A stretch of 49,343 nt of DNA from Actinomycetes bacterium (lineage in GTDB: Bacteria > Actinomycetota > CALGFH01): contig JBJMHP010000221.1 in assembly GCA_045807325.1 (NCBI GenBank), positions 1-49,343 of the forward strand, read 5' to 3'. Position 1 is the stretch's first letter, and the number at the start of each line of letters is the position of its first letter. Below are positions 8,378 to 17,106 of this stretch, piece after piece. Made by a program: the position numbers and the translations under genes. Below the pieces are notes generated by a model. It saw only the letters and a program-made list of their open reading frames with translations, searched no databases and was not told the DNA's origin.

Positions 8378-8851
8378 TCAGGGGCGGCGAGCCAGCAGGT
8401 CGGCGGCGGCCCGCAGGCCGAGGTCGTAGCTGGCCGGGCCCAGGCCGGCGATCACGGCGGCCGCCACCGGGGCCACGGCCAGGTGGTGGCGCCAGCGCTC
8501 GCGGGCGTGGACGTTGGACAGGTGGACCTCGACCACCGGGATGCCGGCGGCCTCGACGGCGTCGCGGACGGCATAGGAGGTGTGGGCCAGCGCGCCCGGG
8601 TTGCACACGGCCGCGGCCACCCCGCGGCCGGCGGCGGCCAGCAGGGCCTCGACCAGGTCGCCCTCGTGGTCGGACTGGAGGCCCTCGACGGCCAGGCCGA
8701 GCTCGCCGGCCAGCTTGGCCAGCCGGTCCATGATCTGGTCCAGGTCCAGGGTGCCGTAGTGGCCGGGGTCGCGGCGGCCCAGCGAAGACAGATTCGGCCC
8801 GTGCAGGACCAGCACCAGCGGCCCCTGGCCGGCCACGGGCCAGGTCTTCAT
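8378..8851 (-). CDS. aroQ: Type II 3-dehydroquinate dehydratase.
   Basis: 157 aa. LVLHGPNLSSLGRRDPGHYG...EVHLSNVHARERWRHH is diagnostic. Confidence 0.95.
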   Translation of the reverse strand: MKTWPVAGQGPLVLVLHGPNLSSLGRRDPGHYGTLDLDQIMDRLAKLAGELGLAVEGLQSDHEGDLVEALLAAAGRGVAAAVCNPGALAHTSYAVRDAVEAAGIPVVEVHLSNVHARERWRHHLAVAPVAAAVIAGLGPASYDLGLRAAADLLARRP

Positions 8852-9948
8852 GCCGGGTCCTCCAAGGACCTGATGGCGGCGACCAGGACCTGGCGGTCGG
8901 GGGCGGGGACGACCTCGGGCTGGCCGGGGCGGCGCAGCAGGACCAGGCGCAGGCCGCCGCGGTGCTTCTTGTCGGTGGCCATGGCCGCCAGCACCTGGTC
9001 GGGGTCGAGGCGGACCCCGCCGACGGGCAGGCCCAGGGCGCCCAGCAGCCGGACGTGGCCGTCGGCCAGGCCCGGCCGGGCCAGCCCGATCGCCTCGGCC
9101 ACCCTGGCCGCGAACACCATGCCCAGCGCCACCGCCTCCCCGTGCCGCAGCCCCCGGTAGCCGGCCAGCCGTTCCAGGGCGTGGCCGAGGGTGTGCCCGT
9201 AGTTGAGCACCAGTCGGCCCACCCGGCCGTCGCCGGCCTGCTCGTGCTCGTCGGCGGCGACCACGGCCGCCTTGACCCGGACCGCCCCCTCGACCAGGGG
9301 GGCGAGGGCGTCGGGGTCGGCGGCCACGGCCGGGCCGGCCCAGCGGGCCAGGGCCTCGGCCAGGGCGGGGTCGCCGGCCAGCCCGGCCTTGGCCACCTCG
9401 GCCAGGCCGGAGCGGACCTCGGCCGCCGGCAGCCCGGCCAGGGTGTCCAGGTCGGCCACCACCGCCACCGGCTGGTGGAAGGCCCCGACCAGGTTCTTGC
9501 CAGCGTCCAGGTCGACCCCGGTCTTGCCCCCGATGGCGGCGTCGACCATGCCGAGCACGGTCGTGGGCACGTTCACCAGGGGGACGCCGCGCAGCCAGGT
9601 GGCGGCCGCGAACCCGGCGACGTCGGTGGTGGCGCCGCCGCCGACGGCCACCACCGGGTCGGCCCGGCGGGTCGGGACGGCGGCCAGCCGCTCGTACAGG
9701 CCGGCCAGCACCTCAAGGCGCTTGGCCTCCTCCCCCGCCGGGACCTCCAGCCGGTGGACGGCCAGGCCGCGCCGGCCGAGGGCCCGACCGACCCGGTCGG
9801 CCACGGCGGCCACGGGCGCCGAGGCGACCACGGCCGCCGCCTCGGACCCGGGGAGCGGCGGCAGCAGCTCCTCCAGCCGGTCCACCAGCCCGGTCCCGAT
9901 GAGCACCGGGTACCCGGCCCCGCCGGTCGCCACCCGCACCCGCGCCAC
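8848..9948 (-). CDS. aroB: 3-dehydroquinate synthase.
   Basis: ORF 8848..10050. AroB motifs VAVGGGATTDVAGFAAATWLRGVPLVNVPTT and LNYGHTLGHALE. The likely start is GTG 9948 after GGGAGG. Confidence 0.92.
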   Translation of the reverse strand: MARVRVATGGAGYPVLIGTGLVDRLEELLPPLPGSEAAAVVASAPVAAVADRVGRALGRRGLAVHRLEVPAGEEAKRLEVLAGLYERLAAVPTRRADPVVAVGGGATTDVAGFAAATWLRGVPLVNVPTTVLGMVDAAIGGKTGVDLDAGKNLVGAFHQPVAVVADLDTLAGLPAAEVRSGLAEVAKAGLAGDPALAEALARWAGPAVAADPDALAPLVEGAVRVKAAVVAADEHEQAGDGRVGRLVLNYGHTLGHALERLAGYRGLRHGEAVALGMVFAARVAEAIGLARPGLADGHVRLLGALGLPVGGVRLDPDQVLAAMATDKKHRGGLRLVLLRRPGQPEVVPAPDRQVLVAAIRSLEDPA

Positions 9949-10010
9949 CGGAGCCTCCCGGGCCTCCTCCGACGCCAACGAAGCGGACCACTTGCCGGCT
10001 GGATCTTTGC

Positions 10011-10556
10011 TCAACGGCCGGCCAGGGCGCCGACCCGGCGCCGGTACCACTCCATCACCTCGACGGCCACCTGCTCGACGTTGCGCCGGTCGGTGTCGAT
10101 GGCCACGTCGCCGGCCGTCTCGTAGATGGGGCCGCGGGCCACCAGCAGGTCGCGGATGCGGCCGGCCCGGTCGGCGGTGTCGCCCAGCAGCGGCCGGTCG
10201 GTGACCCCGGTGAGGCGGCCGGCCAGGGTCTCGGGGGTGGCCCGCAGGTAGACCAGCAGCCCGGCCTGCTTGAGGGCGGTGCGGTTCTCGGCCGACAGCA
10301 CGGCGCCGCCGCCGACCGCGATCACCCGGCCCGGCACCGAGATGGCCCGGTCGATGGCGGCCATCTCCCGCCGCCGGAGGCTCAGCTCGCCCTCACGCCG
10401 GAACAGCTCGGCGATGGTCATATGGGCGGCCCGCTCGATCATCAGGTCGGTGTCGACGAACTCCCGCCCCAGGGCGCGGGCGACCAGCCGGCCGACCGAG
10501 GTCTTGCCGGCCCCCATGAACCCGATGACCACGATGGTGGGCAGGATCTGACGCAT
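10011..10556 (-). CDS. aroK: Shikimate kinase.
   Basis: Start at ATG 10556. VVIGFMGAGKTSVGRLVARALGREFVDTD is the P-loop; RRREMAAI...VIAVGGGAV follows. Confidence 0.93.
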   Translation of the reverse strand: MRQILPTIVVIGFMGAGKTSVGRLVARALGREFVDTDLMIERAAHMTIAELFRREGELSLRRREMAAIDRAISVPGRVIAVGGGAVLSAENRTALKQAGLLVYLRATPETLAGRLTGVTDRPLLGDTADRAGRIRDLLVARGPIYETAGDVAIDTDRRNVEQVAVEVMEWYRRRVGALAGR

Positions 10557-10566
10557 GCCGGCAAGC

Positions 10567-11745
10567 CTAACAGCCCAGCCCGGCCAGGTAGGCATCGAGG
10601 TTGCGGCGGACCTCGGCCAGGGAGTCGCCGCCGGTCTTCTCGAGCAGGGCGTCGGCCAGGACCAGGGCGACCACGGCCTCGCCGACGACCCCGGCGGCGG
10701 GGACGGCGGTCACGTCCGAGCGCTGGACCACCGCCCTGGCCTTGTCCCCGGTGGCCACGTCCACGGTGTCCAGGGCCCGGACCAGGGTCGACAGCGGCTT
10801 CATGGCCGCCCGGACCCGCAGGGTCTCGCCGGTCGACATGCCGCCCTCGATCCCCCCGGCCCGCCCGGTGCGCCGCCGGGGCCGGCCCGCGCCGGTGCCG
10901 GGCACGATGGCGTCGTGGGCCCTGGACCCGGGGCGGGCGGCGCCCGCGAAGCCGTCGCCGACCTCGACCCCCTTGATGGCCTGGATGCTCATGAGCGCCC
11001 CGGCCAGGCGGGCGTCCAGCTTGCGGTCCCACTGGACGTAGGAGCCCAGGCCGGGCGGCAGCCCCCGGGCGACCACCTCGAACACCCCGCCCAGGGTGTC
11101 CCCGGCCGCCTTGGCCGCGTCGACCGCGGCCGCCATCCGGCCCTCGGCCTCCCCGTCCAGGCAGCGGACGGGCGAGGCGTCGATCTCGGTGAGGTCGGCC
11201 GCGGTGGGCACGGCCCGCGACCGGGTCGCCGCCGGGCCCAGCCGGACCACGTGGCTGAGCACGGCCACCCCGACCTGGGCGAGCAGGGCCTTGGCGGCCG
11301 CCCCGACGGCCACCCGGGCCGCGGTCTCGCGGGCCGAGGCCCGCTCCAGCACCGGCCGGGCCTCCTCGAAGCCGTACTTCTGCATGCCGGTCAGGTCGGC
11401 GTGGCCGGGCCGGGGCCGGGTCAGGGGCACACCCCGGCCGGTGGCCGTCGCCTCCGGGTCCTCGACCGGGTCGGGGCTCATCACCTCGGTCCACTTGGGC
11501 CACTCGCTGTTGTCGATGCGGAGGGCCAGGGGCGAGCCCAGGGTGCGGCCGTGGCGCAGGCCCCCGAGCACCTCGAGGCGGTCCTCCTCGAAGCGCATGC
11601 GCTTGCCGCGGCCGTAGCCGAGCCGGCGCCGGGCCAGCTCGCGGGCGATCTCGTCGCTGGTCAGGGGCACGCCCGCCGGCAGCCCCTCGAGCACGGCGAC
11701 CAGCGCCGGCCCGTGCGACTCCCCGGCGGTCAGATAGCGCAGCAT
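10567..11745 (-). CDS. aroC: Chorismate synthase.
   Basis: Start at ATG 11745. [25 protein letters not shown]...[14 protein letters not shown] is canonical AroC. Confidence 0.95.
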   Translation of the reverse strand: MLRYLTAGESHGPALVAVLEGLPAGVPLTSDEIARELARRRLGYGRGKRMRFEEDRLEVLGGLRHGRTLGSPLALRIDNSEWPKWTEVMSPDPVEDPEATATGRGVPLTRPRPGHADLTGMQKYGFEEARPVLERASARETAARVAVGAAAKALLAQVGVAVLSHVVRLGPAATRSRAVPTAADLTEIDASPVRCLDGEAEGRMAAAVDAAKAAGDTLGGVFEVVARGLPPGLGSYVQWDRKLDARLAGALMSIQAIKGVEVGDGFAGAARPGSRAHDAIVPGTGAGRPRRRTGRAGGIEGGMSTGETLRVRAAMKPLSTLVRALDTVDVATGDKARAVVQRSDVTAVPAAGVVGEAVVALVLADALLEKTGGDSLAEVRRNLDAYLAGLGC

Positions 11746-11815
11746 CGAGCGGATGCTAGCGGAACCGGCCCCCTGGGCCGGCAGGCCGGACGGGTTCTGG
11801 GAAGCGTGATTGCCG

Positions 11816-12613
11816 CTAGGAGCCGACCAGGGCGCGGGCGTACCAGGCAGCCACGTCGGCGCCGGCCAGGACGCCGAGCAGGGCGCCAGCGACCAGCCAG
11901 GGGCCGAACGGCAGCAACGACTTGCGGGTGAGGCCAAGCAGCAGGATCGCGCCGACGCCGGCCAGGCCGCCGAGCAGGAAGCCGGCGAACACCCCGACCG
12001 CCACCGTCCCCCACGACAGCCACCCGAGGGCCAGGCCGAGGGTCGGGGCCAGCTTGACGTCGCCCAGGCCCATGCCCCGCGGCGAGATCAGGGCCAGCAG
12101 CAGGAAGAAGGCGCCAACGGCGGCGGCGGCCAGCAGTCCCCGGGCCAGCCGACCCAGGTCACCGAGGCCGAGGCTGGCCACCAGCAGCAGGCCGAGCAGG
12201 AACGGGAAGGCCGGGTAGGTGATGCGGTTGGGCAGCAGCCGGGTGCGGGCGTCGATCACGGCCAGGACCAGGCAGATGAAGGCCAGGGTGAGGTAGGCGG
12301 GGACGGCCCAACCGAGCCCGGCCGTGATCAGCCGCAGCGTGAGCAGGAACCACAGCAGCCCCATGGCCAGCTCGACCAGCGGGTAGCGGGGCGAGATGGG
12401 CGCCCGACACGATCGACAGCGGCCACGCAGCAGCAGCCAGCCGACCACCGGGACGTTGTCGCGCCAGCCGACCGGGGCGCCGCAGGAGGGGCAGCGCGAC
12501 CCCGGCCGGGCAACCGGCTCGCGCCGCGGCACCCGGTCGATGACCACGTTGGCGAACGACCCGGCGGCCAGGCCGAGCAGACCGGCGAGCGAGGCGGCGG
12601 CGAGTGGTGTCAT
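11816..12613 (-). CDS. Prepilin (type IV leader) peptidase, A24 family.
   Basis: Start at ATG 12613. [15 protein letters not shown]...[41 protein letters not shown] and GMGLGDVKL motifs. Confidence 0.88.
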   Translation of the reverse strand: MTPLAAASLAGLLGLAAGSFANVVIDRVPRREPVARPGSRCPSCGAPVGWRDNVPVVGWLLLRGRCRSCRAPISPRYPLVELAMGLLWFLLTLRLITAGLGWAVPAYLTLAFICLVLAVIDARTRLLPNRITYPAFPFLLGLLLVASLGLGDLGRLARGLLAAAAVGAFFLLLALISPRGMGLGDVKLAPTLGLALGWLSWGTVAVGVFAGFLLGGLAGVGAILLLGLTRKSLLPFGPWLVAGALLGVLAGADVAAWYARALVGS

Positions 12614-12743
12614 GGGCGGGAAGCCTACCTGCCCGCCGGCCACCGGCGAGCAGGTTGTCAACCTCAGGACGTTGTGCCGAAACCGGGCTTCGCCCGACCG
12701 GGCGTGGGCGCTGTCCAGATCCTGCTCGCTCTCCAGCCGGGTC

Positions 12744-14009
12744 TCAGGTGCCCAGCCGCCAGCCGCGCAGGTAGCCCTGCTGGGCGGGGGTGAGGTCGTC
12801 GCAGCGGACCCCGAGGGCGGCCAGCTTGTGGCGGGCGACCCGCTCCTCGACCTCGGCCGGGACCGGGTGCACACCCGGCGGGAGCGGGTCGGTCGCCGTG
12901 GCCAGCCGCGCCACGGCCAGCGTCTGGGTGGCGAAGGTCAGGTCCATGACCTCGGCCGGGTGGGCCTCGGCGCAGCTCTGCCCGACCAGCCGGCCCTCGG
13001 CCAGCACGATGACCCGATCTCCGCCCGGCAGGGTGTAGGCGACGGCGCCGGGTCGGACCTCGGTGGCGTCGGTGGCGGTCCGGCGCAGGGCGGCCACGTC
13101 GATCTCCAGGTCGAAGTGGCCGGCGTTGGCCACGATGGCGCCCGGTGGCATGGCCTGCAGGTGCTCGAGGGTGAGGGCGTCGCGGTTGCCGGTGACGGTC
13201 ACGAACACCTCGCCGACCCGGGCCGCCTCGGCCACCGGCAGCACCTGGTAGCCCTCCATCACCGCCTCCAGCGCCTTGAGCGGGTCGACCTCGCACACGA
13301 CCACCCGAGCGCCCAGGCCGCGGGCCCGGGACGCCACCCCGCGGCCGCACCAGCCGTGGCCGACCACCACCACGACCTTGCCGGCCAGGAGGACGTTGGT
13401 GGCCCGCAGGATGCCGTCGATGGTCGACTGGCCGGTGCCGTAGCGGTTGTCGAACAGGTGCTTGGTGGCGGCGTCGTTGACGGCCAGCAGGGGGTAGGCG
13501 AGCACGCCCTCGCGGGCCATGTTGCGGGCCCGCAGCATCCCGGTCGAGGTCACCTCGGTGGCGCCGGCGATCCCGGCCAGCAGGTCGCGGCGGCGGGTGT
13601 GGACGGTGGCGGTGAGGTCGGCCCCGTCGTCGACGAGCAGCGTCGGCCGGCTGGCCAGCACGCCGTCGACCTGCCGGTGGAAGGTGTCGCGGTCGGCCCC
13701 GTGGACGGCGAACACGGCCGCCCCGAGCTCCTCGTGGATGGCCGCGGCCACGTCGTCCTTGGTCGACAGGGGGTTGGAGGCGCACAGGGCGAGCTCGGCC
13801 CCGCCGGCGATCAGGGCCCGGCAGAGGTTGGCCGTCTCGGTGGTGACGTGCAGGCAGGCGGCGATCCGCTGGCCGGCCAGGGGCCGGGTGCGGGCCAGCT
13901 CGGCCGCGACCGCGCCCAGCACGGGCATGCGGCTGGCCGCGAAGTCGATCTTGCGCCGGCCCTCGGGGGCCAGGCCGGGGTCCTTGAGCAGCGTGTCCAG
14001 GGCTGGCAC
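12744..14009 (-). CDS. ahcY: Adenosylhomocysteinase (short form).
   Basis: 421 aa. LHVTTETANLCRALIAGGAELALCASNPLSTKDD, DDGADL, GYGWCGRG-like GHGWCGRGVA, and ANAGHFDLEID. Confidence 0.92.
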   Translation of the reverse strand: MPALDTLLKDPGLAPEGRRKIDFAASRMPVLGAVAAELARTRPLAGQRIAACLHVTTETANLCRALIAGGAELALCASNPLSTKDDVAAAIHEELGAAVFAVHGADRDTFHRQVDGVLASRPTLLVDDGADLTATVHTRRRDLLAGIAGATEVTSTGMLRARNMAREGVLAYPLLAVNDAATKHLFDNRYGTGQSTIDGILRATNVLLAGKVVVVVGHGWCGRGVASRARGLGARVVVCEVDPLKALEAVMEGYQVLPVAEAARVGEVFVTVTGNRDALTLEHLQAMPPGAIVANAGHFDLEIDVAALRRTATDATEVRPGAVAYTLPGGDRVIVLAEGRLVGQSCAEAHPAEVMDLTFATQTLAVARLATATDPLPPGVHPVPAEVEERVARHKLAALGVRCDDLTPAQQGYLRGWRLGT

Positions 14010-14019
14010 CTCTCCCGGG

Positions 14020-14358
14020 TCAGGAGGCCAGGCGCAGCAGGCGCCTGGCCTTGGCGGTCTCGAAGTCGAGGGCGGTCACCGGGTCGGGGTCGGCCCGCCG
14101 GACGAGGCGCGCCAGCGCCCGCAGCGACCCGGCCACCTCGGGGTCCTCCAGTGCCCGCAGGCCGAAGGCCAGGGCGGCCGGGGTCGCCCCGTACCGCTCC
14201 TGGAGCCGGAGGGCGCCGGTCGCGGCCTGGAGGTCTCGCTCGCCGTAGTCCCGGTAGCCGGCGGCGGTGCGGGCCGGGGCGACCAGCCCGAGCTGCTCGG
14301 CGTACCGCAGCATCCGGGCGCTGGTCCCGACCCGCCGGGCGGCGTCTCCCACGCGCAT
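14020..14358 (-). CDS. MerR-family transcriptional regulator.
   Basis: 112 aa. MRVGDAARRVGTSARMLRYAEQLGLVAPARTAAGYRDYGERDL is a MerR HTH. Confidence 0.88.
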   Translation of the reverse strand: MRVGDAARRVGTSARMLRYAEQLGLVAPARTAAGYRDYGERDLQAATGALRLQERYGATPAALAFGLRALEDPEVAGSLRALARLVRRADPDPVTALDFETAKARRLLRLAS

Positions 14359-14365
14359 GGCGGGC

Positions 14366-14397
14366 AGCCTACAAACCTTTACATTCTGTTGTCAAGG
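14366..14397 (-). promoter_or_regulatory. Candidate leaderless promoter plus MerR-type operator for the merR-ahcY pair.
   Basis: On the minus strand: TTGACA (14395-14390), 18-nt spacer, TAGGCT (14371-14366), then ATG 7 nt later. Inverted repeat CCTTTACA-N6-TGTCAAGG (14376-14397, 7/8 match) spans the -35/spacer. Confidence 0.5.
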
Positions 14398-14419
14398 TTG
14401 GTTCCGGTCCCACGGAAGG

Positions 14420-14434
14420 TAGGATTTAGGCATG
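14420..14434 (+). promoter_or_regulatory. Truncated copy (M1) of the AGGATTTAGG motif.
   Basis: TAGGATTTAGGCATG. It shares TAGGAT + TTTAGGC with the copy at 17074 but lacks GAACCTAAAC. TTGGTT lies 16 nt upstream (14398-14403). Confidence 0.4.
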
Positions 14435-14461
14435 CCTCATCCCGCTCCCGCCGGCGCCCTG

Positions 14462-14545
14462 TTCCCCCACCTGAGCGTGGGTGGCGCTGGTCACCCGCCC
14501 GTCGGTGCTGCTGGACGAGCCGCGCTCCAACCTGGACACCATTAC
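14462..14545 (+). pseudogene. Relic of an ABC-transporter ATPase (signature motif to D-loop).
   Basis: LSVGG in one frame is followed, after a frame change, by ALVTRPSVLLDEPRSNLDTITRA (Walker B/D-loop pattern). No Walker A or remaining domain nearby. Confidence 0.45.
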
Positions 14546-14635
14546 CCGCGCGCCGCAGAACGCCGGGCAACGATGCCCGACGCGCATGCGGAGAGCCCGG
14601 GCAAGGTGCGGCACCGGTGAATACGACGTCGAGAC

Positions 14636-16039
14636 TTGCCCGGCGTTCTGGCTGAGCCCGTCGACCTGGTCGTCCTCGGGGCCGGGCCGGCCGGGGTGGG
14701 CGCCGCCTACCGGACGGCCAGGGCCGGGCACCGGGTGGTGGTGCTGGAGCGGGCGCCCGGCCCCGGCGGGGCCGCGGCCAGCTTCGAGGTGGACGGGATC
14801 CGGGTCGACCACGGCAGCCACCGCCTGCACCCGGCGATCCAGCCCCGCATCCTGGACGACCTGCGCGGGCTGCTCGGCGACGAGCTGCAACGGCGCCCAC
14901 GCAACGGCCGCATCTTCCTGGAGGGCCGCTGGATCCGGTTCCCGCTGCGGCCGGCCGACCTGGCCCGCCGGCTGCCGCCGTCGTTCGCGGCCGGGGCGGC
15001 GGCCGACGCCGCCACCGCCTGGGCCCGGCGGCCCCGGGCCGACACCTTCGCCGAGACCCTGCGGGCCGGGCTGGGGCCGACCATGTGCGAGCGCTTCTAC
15101 TTCCCGTATGCCCGCAAGCTGTGGGGCCTCGACCCCAGCGAGCTGGCCGGCGAGCAGGCCCGCCGCCGGGTCTCGGCCGGCTCCCCCGGCCGGCTGCTGG
15201 CCCGGGTGGCCCGCGGCGCCGGCCGCGACGGCCCCTGGTTCTGGTACCCGCGGGGCGGCTTCGGGGCCATCTGCGAGCGCCTGGCCGCGGCCGCCGCCGA
15301 CGCCGGGGCGGAGCTCCGGTACCGGACCGCGGCCGAGCGGGTCGAGCTCGGCCCCGAGGGGGCCACCGTGGCCCTGGCCGGCGGGGAGACGGTCGCGGCC
15401 CGGCGGGTCTGGTCGACCCTGCCCCTGCCCGCCCTGGCCCGGATGACCACCCCGGCCCCGCCGCCGGCGGTGCTGGAGGCGGCCGGCCAGCTCGGCTTCC
15501 GGGCCATGCTGCTCGTCTACCTGGTGGTGGACGGCGGCCGCTACAGCCCCTATGACGCCCACTACCTGCCCGACCCCGCCACCCCGGTCAGCAGGGTGTC
15601 GGAGCCGGCCAACTACCGCGACGGCGACGACCCGCCGGGGCGGACCGTGCTCTGCGCCGAACTGCCCTGCTCACGCGACGGCGCCCTGTGGCGGGCCGGC
15701 AACGACCGGCTGGCCGGCCTGGTCCGGGCCACCCTGACCGACCGCGGTCTCCCCGACCCGGGCCCGGTCCGCCGGGTGGCGGTCCGACGCCTCCCCAACG
15801 TCTACCCGGTCTACCGGGTCGGCTACGCCACCCCGTTCCAGGCCCTGGACGCCTGGGCGGCCGCCCAGCCGGCCCTGCTCAGCTTCGGCCGCCTCGGCCT
15901 GTTCGTCCACGACAACACCCACCACGCCCTGGCCATGGCCTGGGCCGCCGCCGACGCCCTGGCCCCCGACGGCACCTTCGACCAGGCGGCGTGGGTCGCG
16001 GCGCGGGAGCGGTTCACCAGCCATGTGGTTCAGGACTGA
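14636..16039 (+). CDS. FAD-dependent oxidoreductase (HemY / UDP-galactopyranose-mutase-like superfamily).
   Basis: 467 aa. VDLVVLGAGPAGVGAAYRTARAGHRVVVLERAPGPGG is a dinucleotide-binding fold. FYFPYARKLWG and YPRGGFGAICERLA are also present. Start (TTG 14636) is uncertain. Confidence 0.8.
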   Translation: MPGVLAEPVDLVVLGAGPAGVGAAYRTARAGHRVVVLERAPGPGGAAASFEVDGIRVDHGSHRLHPAIQPRILDDLRGLLGDELQRRPRNGRIFLEGRWIRFPLRPADLARRLPPSFAAGAAADAATAWARRPRADTFAETLRAGLGPTMCERFYFPYARKLWGLDPSELAGEQARRRVSAGSPGRLLARVARGAGRDGPWFWYPRGGFGAICERLAAAAADAGAELRYRTAAERVELGPEGATVALAGGETVAARRVWSTLPLPALARMTTPAPPPAVLEAAGQLGFRAMLLVYLVVDGGRYSPYDAHYLPDPATPVSRVSEPANYRDGDDPPGRTVLCAELPCSRDGALWRAGNDRLAGLVRATLTDRGLPDPGPVRRVAVRRLPNVYPVYRVGYATPFQALDAWAAAQPALLSFGRLGLFVHDNTHHALAMAWAAADALAPDGTFDQAAWVAARERFTSHVVQD

Positions 16040-17058
16040 CCCGACCAGCCGTGGTTGTGGACCACGGCGCGCACACGCCTCCCCGGTCGGCTACGGCCCG
16101 GCCAGCCGGGGCTGTGGACAGCGCCGAGCGCCCCTCCCGGCTGCGGGCTACCCTCCCGTTCGGGGCCCCACCAGCCGGGGTTGGGCTGAGCCGCGCCCAG
16201 CCGAGGCGCCCACTCGGGGTAGGGGCTGGGGCGCGCCCACCGGGTGAGGGCTGAAGCGCGCCCAGCGGGTTGTGTGCGCTGGGCGGGCTGGTGCCGGTTG
16301 ACCGCATGCCAGACCGCCGGGAGGACCCGGCGCAGGTAGCGCATGGGGCGGACGAAGGAGCGGCCGGTGGTGCGGAACCGGTAGCCGATCGGGACCTCGA
16401 GGTAGCGGTGGCCCTTGGCCAGGAGGTCGAGGGTGAGCACCTGGGCGTAGTTGTAGTCGTGGACGATCTCGGCGTCGGCCGCGGCCGCCCGCGACAGGGC
16501 CCGGAAGCCGCTCTGGCCGTCGCCGATCGGGGCCCTGGCCACGAACCGGAGCAGGGCGGTGAGGGCCAGGTTGCCAAGGCGGCGCTGGGGCAGCATGCGC
16601 CCGATCTCCCCGGCGAAGCGGGAGCCGACCACGTAGTCGGCCCGGCCCTCCAGGATGGGGGCGACCAGCCGCTCCAGCTCGCCCGGGTCGTACTCGCGGT
16701 CGGCGTCACAGAAGGCGACCGCGACCGCGCCCCGCTCGACGGCCGCGGCCAGCCCCAGACGCACCGCCGCCCCCAGCCCGCGGTTGGTTGCCACCGAGAG
16801 CACGGTCGCGCCCGCGGCGGCGGCCAGCTCGGCGGTGCGGTCGCCGGAGCCGTCGTCGACCACCAGGCAGTCGACCCGGCGGCCCAGGACCAGCGCCGGC
16901 ACCCTGGCCACCACGGCCGCGACCGTCGCCTCCTCATCATGGGCCGGCAGGAACAGCACCACCGGCCCGGAGCCGGCCGGCGGGCCGAGGCCGGGCGGCA
17001 CGGGCGCTGCTGGCAGGCGCAGGGCCATGGCGGGCTGCTCACTCCTCGACTTGGACAC
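16030..17058 (-). CDS. Family 2 glycosyltransferase (polyprenol-phosphate sugar synthase-like).
   Basis: 342-aa ORF. VVLFLPAHDEEATV...VVDDGSGDRT...FCDADREYDP...GSRF...DGQSGFRAL is a GT-A/GT2 pattern. Start is GTG 17058 or ATG 17028. The last ~87 aa (16033-16293) are translation of repeat locus B. Confidence 0.82.
   Translation of the reverse strand: MSKSRSEQPAMALRLPAAPVPPGLGPPAGSGPVVLFLPAHDEEATVAAVVARVPALVLGRRVDCLVVDDGSGDRTAELAAAAGATVLSVATNRGLGAAVRLGLAAAVERGAVAVAFCDADREYDPGELERLVAPILEGRADYVVGSRFAGEIGRMLPQRRLGNLALTALLRFVARAPIGDGQSGFRALSRAAAADAEIVHDYNYAQVLTLDLLAKGHRYLEVPIGYRFRTTGRSFVRPMRYLRRVLPAVWHAVNRHQPAQRTQPAGRASALTRWARPSPYPEWAPRLGAAQPNPGWWGPEREGSPQPGGALGAVHSPGWPGRSRPGRRVRAVVHNHGWSGQS
16091..16255 (+). 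repeat. Bipartite repeat locus B: partial 3' box, a full copy, then degenerate tandem GGGCTGRRGCGCGCCCA units.
   Basis: CGGCTACGG at 16089-16097. GTGGACAGC at 16114-16122 and GGGCTACCCT at 16145-16154 (22-nt spacer). CCAGCCGGGG is repeated at 16103 and 16171. GGGCTG..GCGCCCA occurs three times between 16183 and 16266. Confidence 0.65.
16259..16285. terminator. 9-bp GC hairpin between convergent genes.
   Basis: CGCCCAGCG-ggttgtgtg-CGCTGGGCG, a perfect stem, lies between the FAD oxidoreductase stop and the conserved end of the GT2 domain. Confidence 0.35.
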
Positions 17059-17073
17059 CAGAGGGCCGATGAT

Positions 17074-17102
17074 TAGGATTTAGGCGAACCTAAACATGGA
17101 GG
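17074..17102 (+). promoter_or_regulatory. AT-rich palindromic motif M2 in the GT2 / small-membrane-protein divergent region.
   Basis: TAGGATTTAGG-cgaa-CCTAAA-c-ATGGAGG. TTGGAC (17051-17056) lies 16 nt upstream of TAGGAT. The minus strand of the palindrome reads TAGGTT. GGAGG serves as SD for TTG 17107. Confidence 0.5.
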
Positions 17103-17106
17103 CCGG

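Noticed and set aside
14010-14019. SAH riboswitch expected upstream of ahcY.
   Set aside because: Only 10 nt separate ahcY from the merR stop, and the merR leader appears leaderless. There is no room for the SAH aptamer.
17072-17094. IdeR/DtxR iron box (TTAGGTTAGGCTAACCTAA-like).
   Set aside because: TTAGG and CCTAA arms are present, but the spacing is wrong: 4 or 11 nt between arms versus 9 in the 19-bp iron box. The central bases also do not match.
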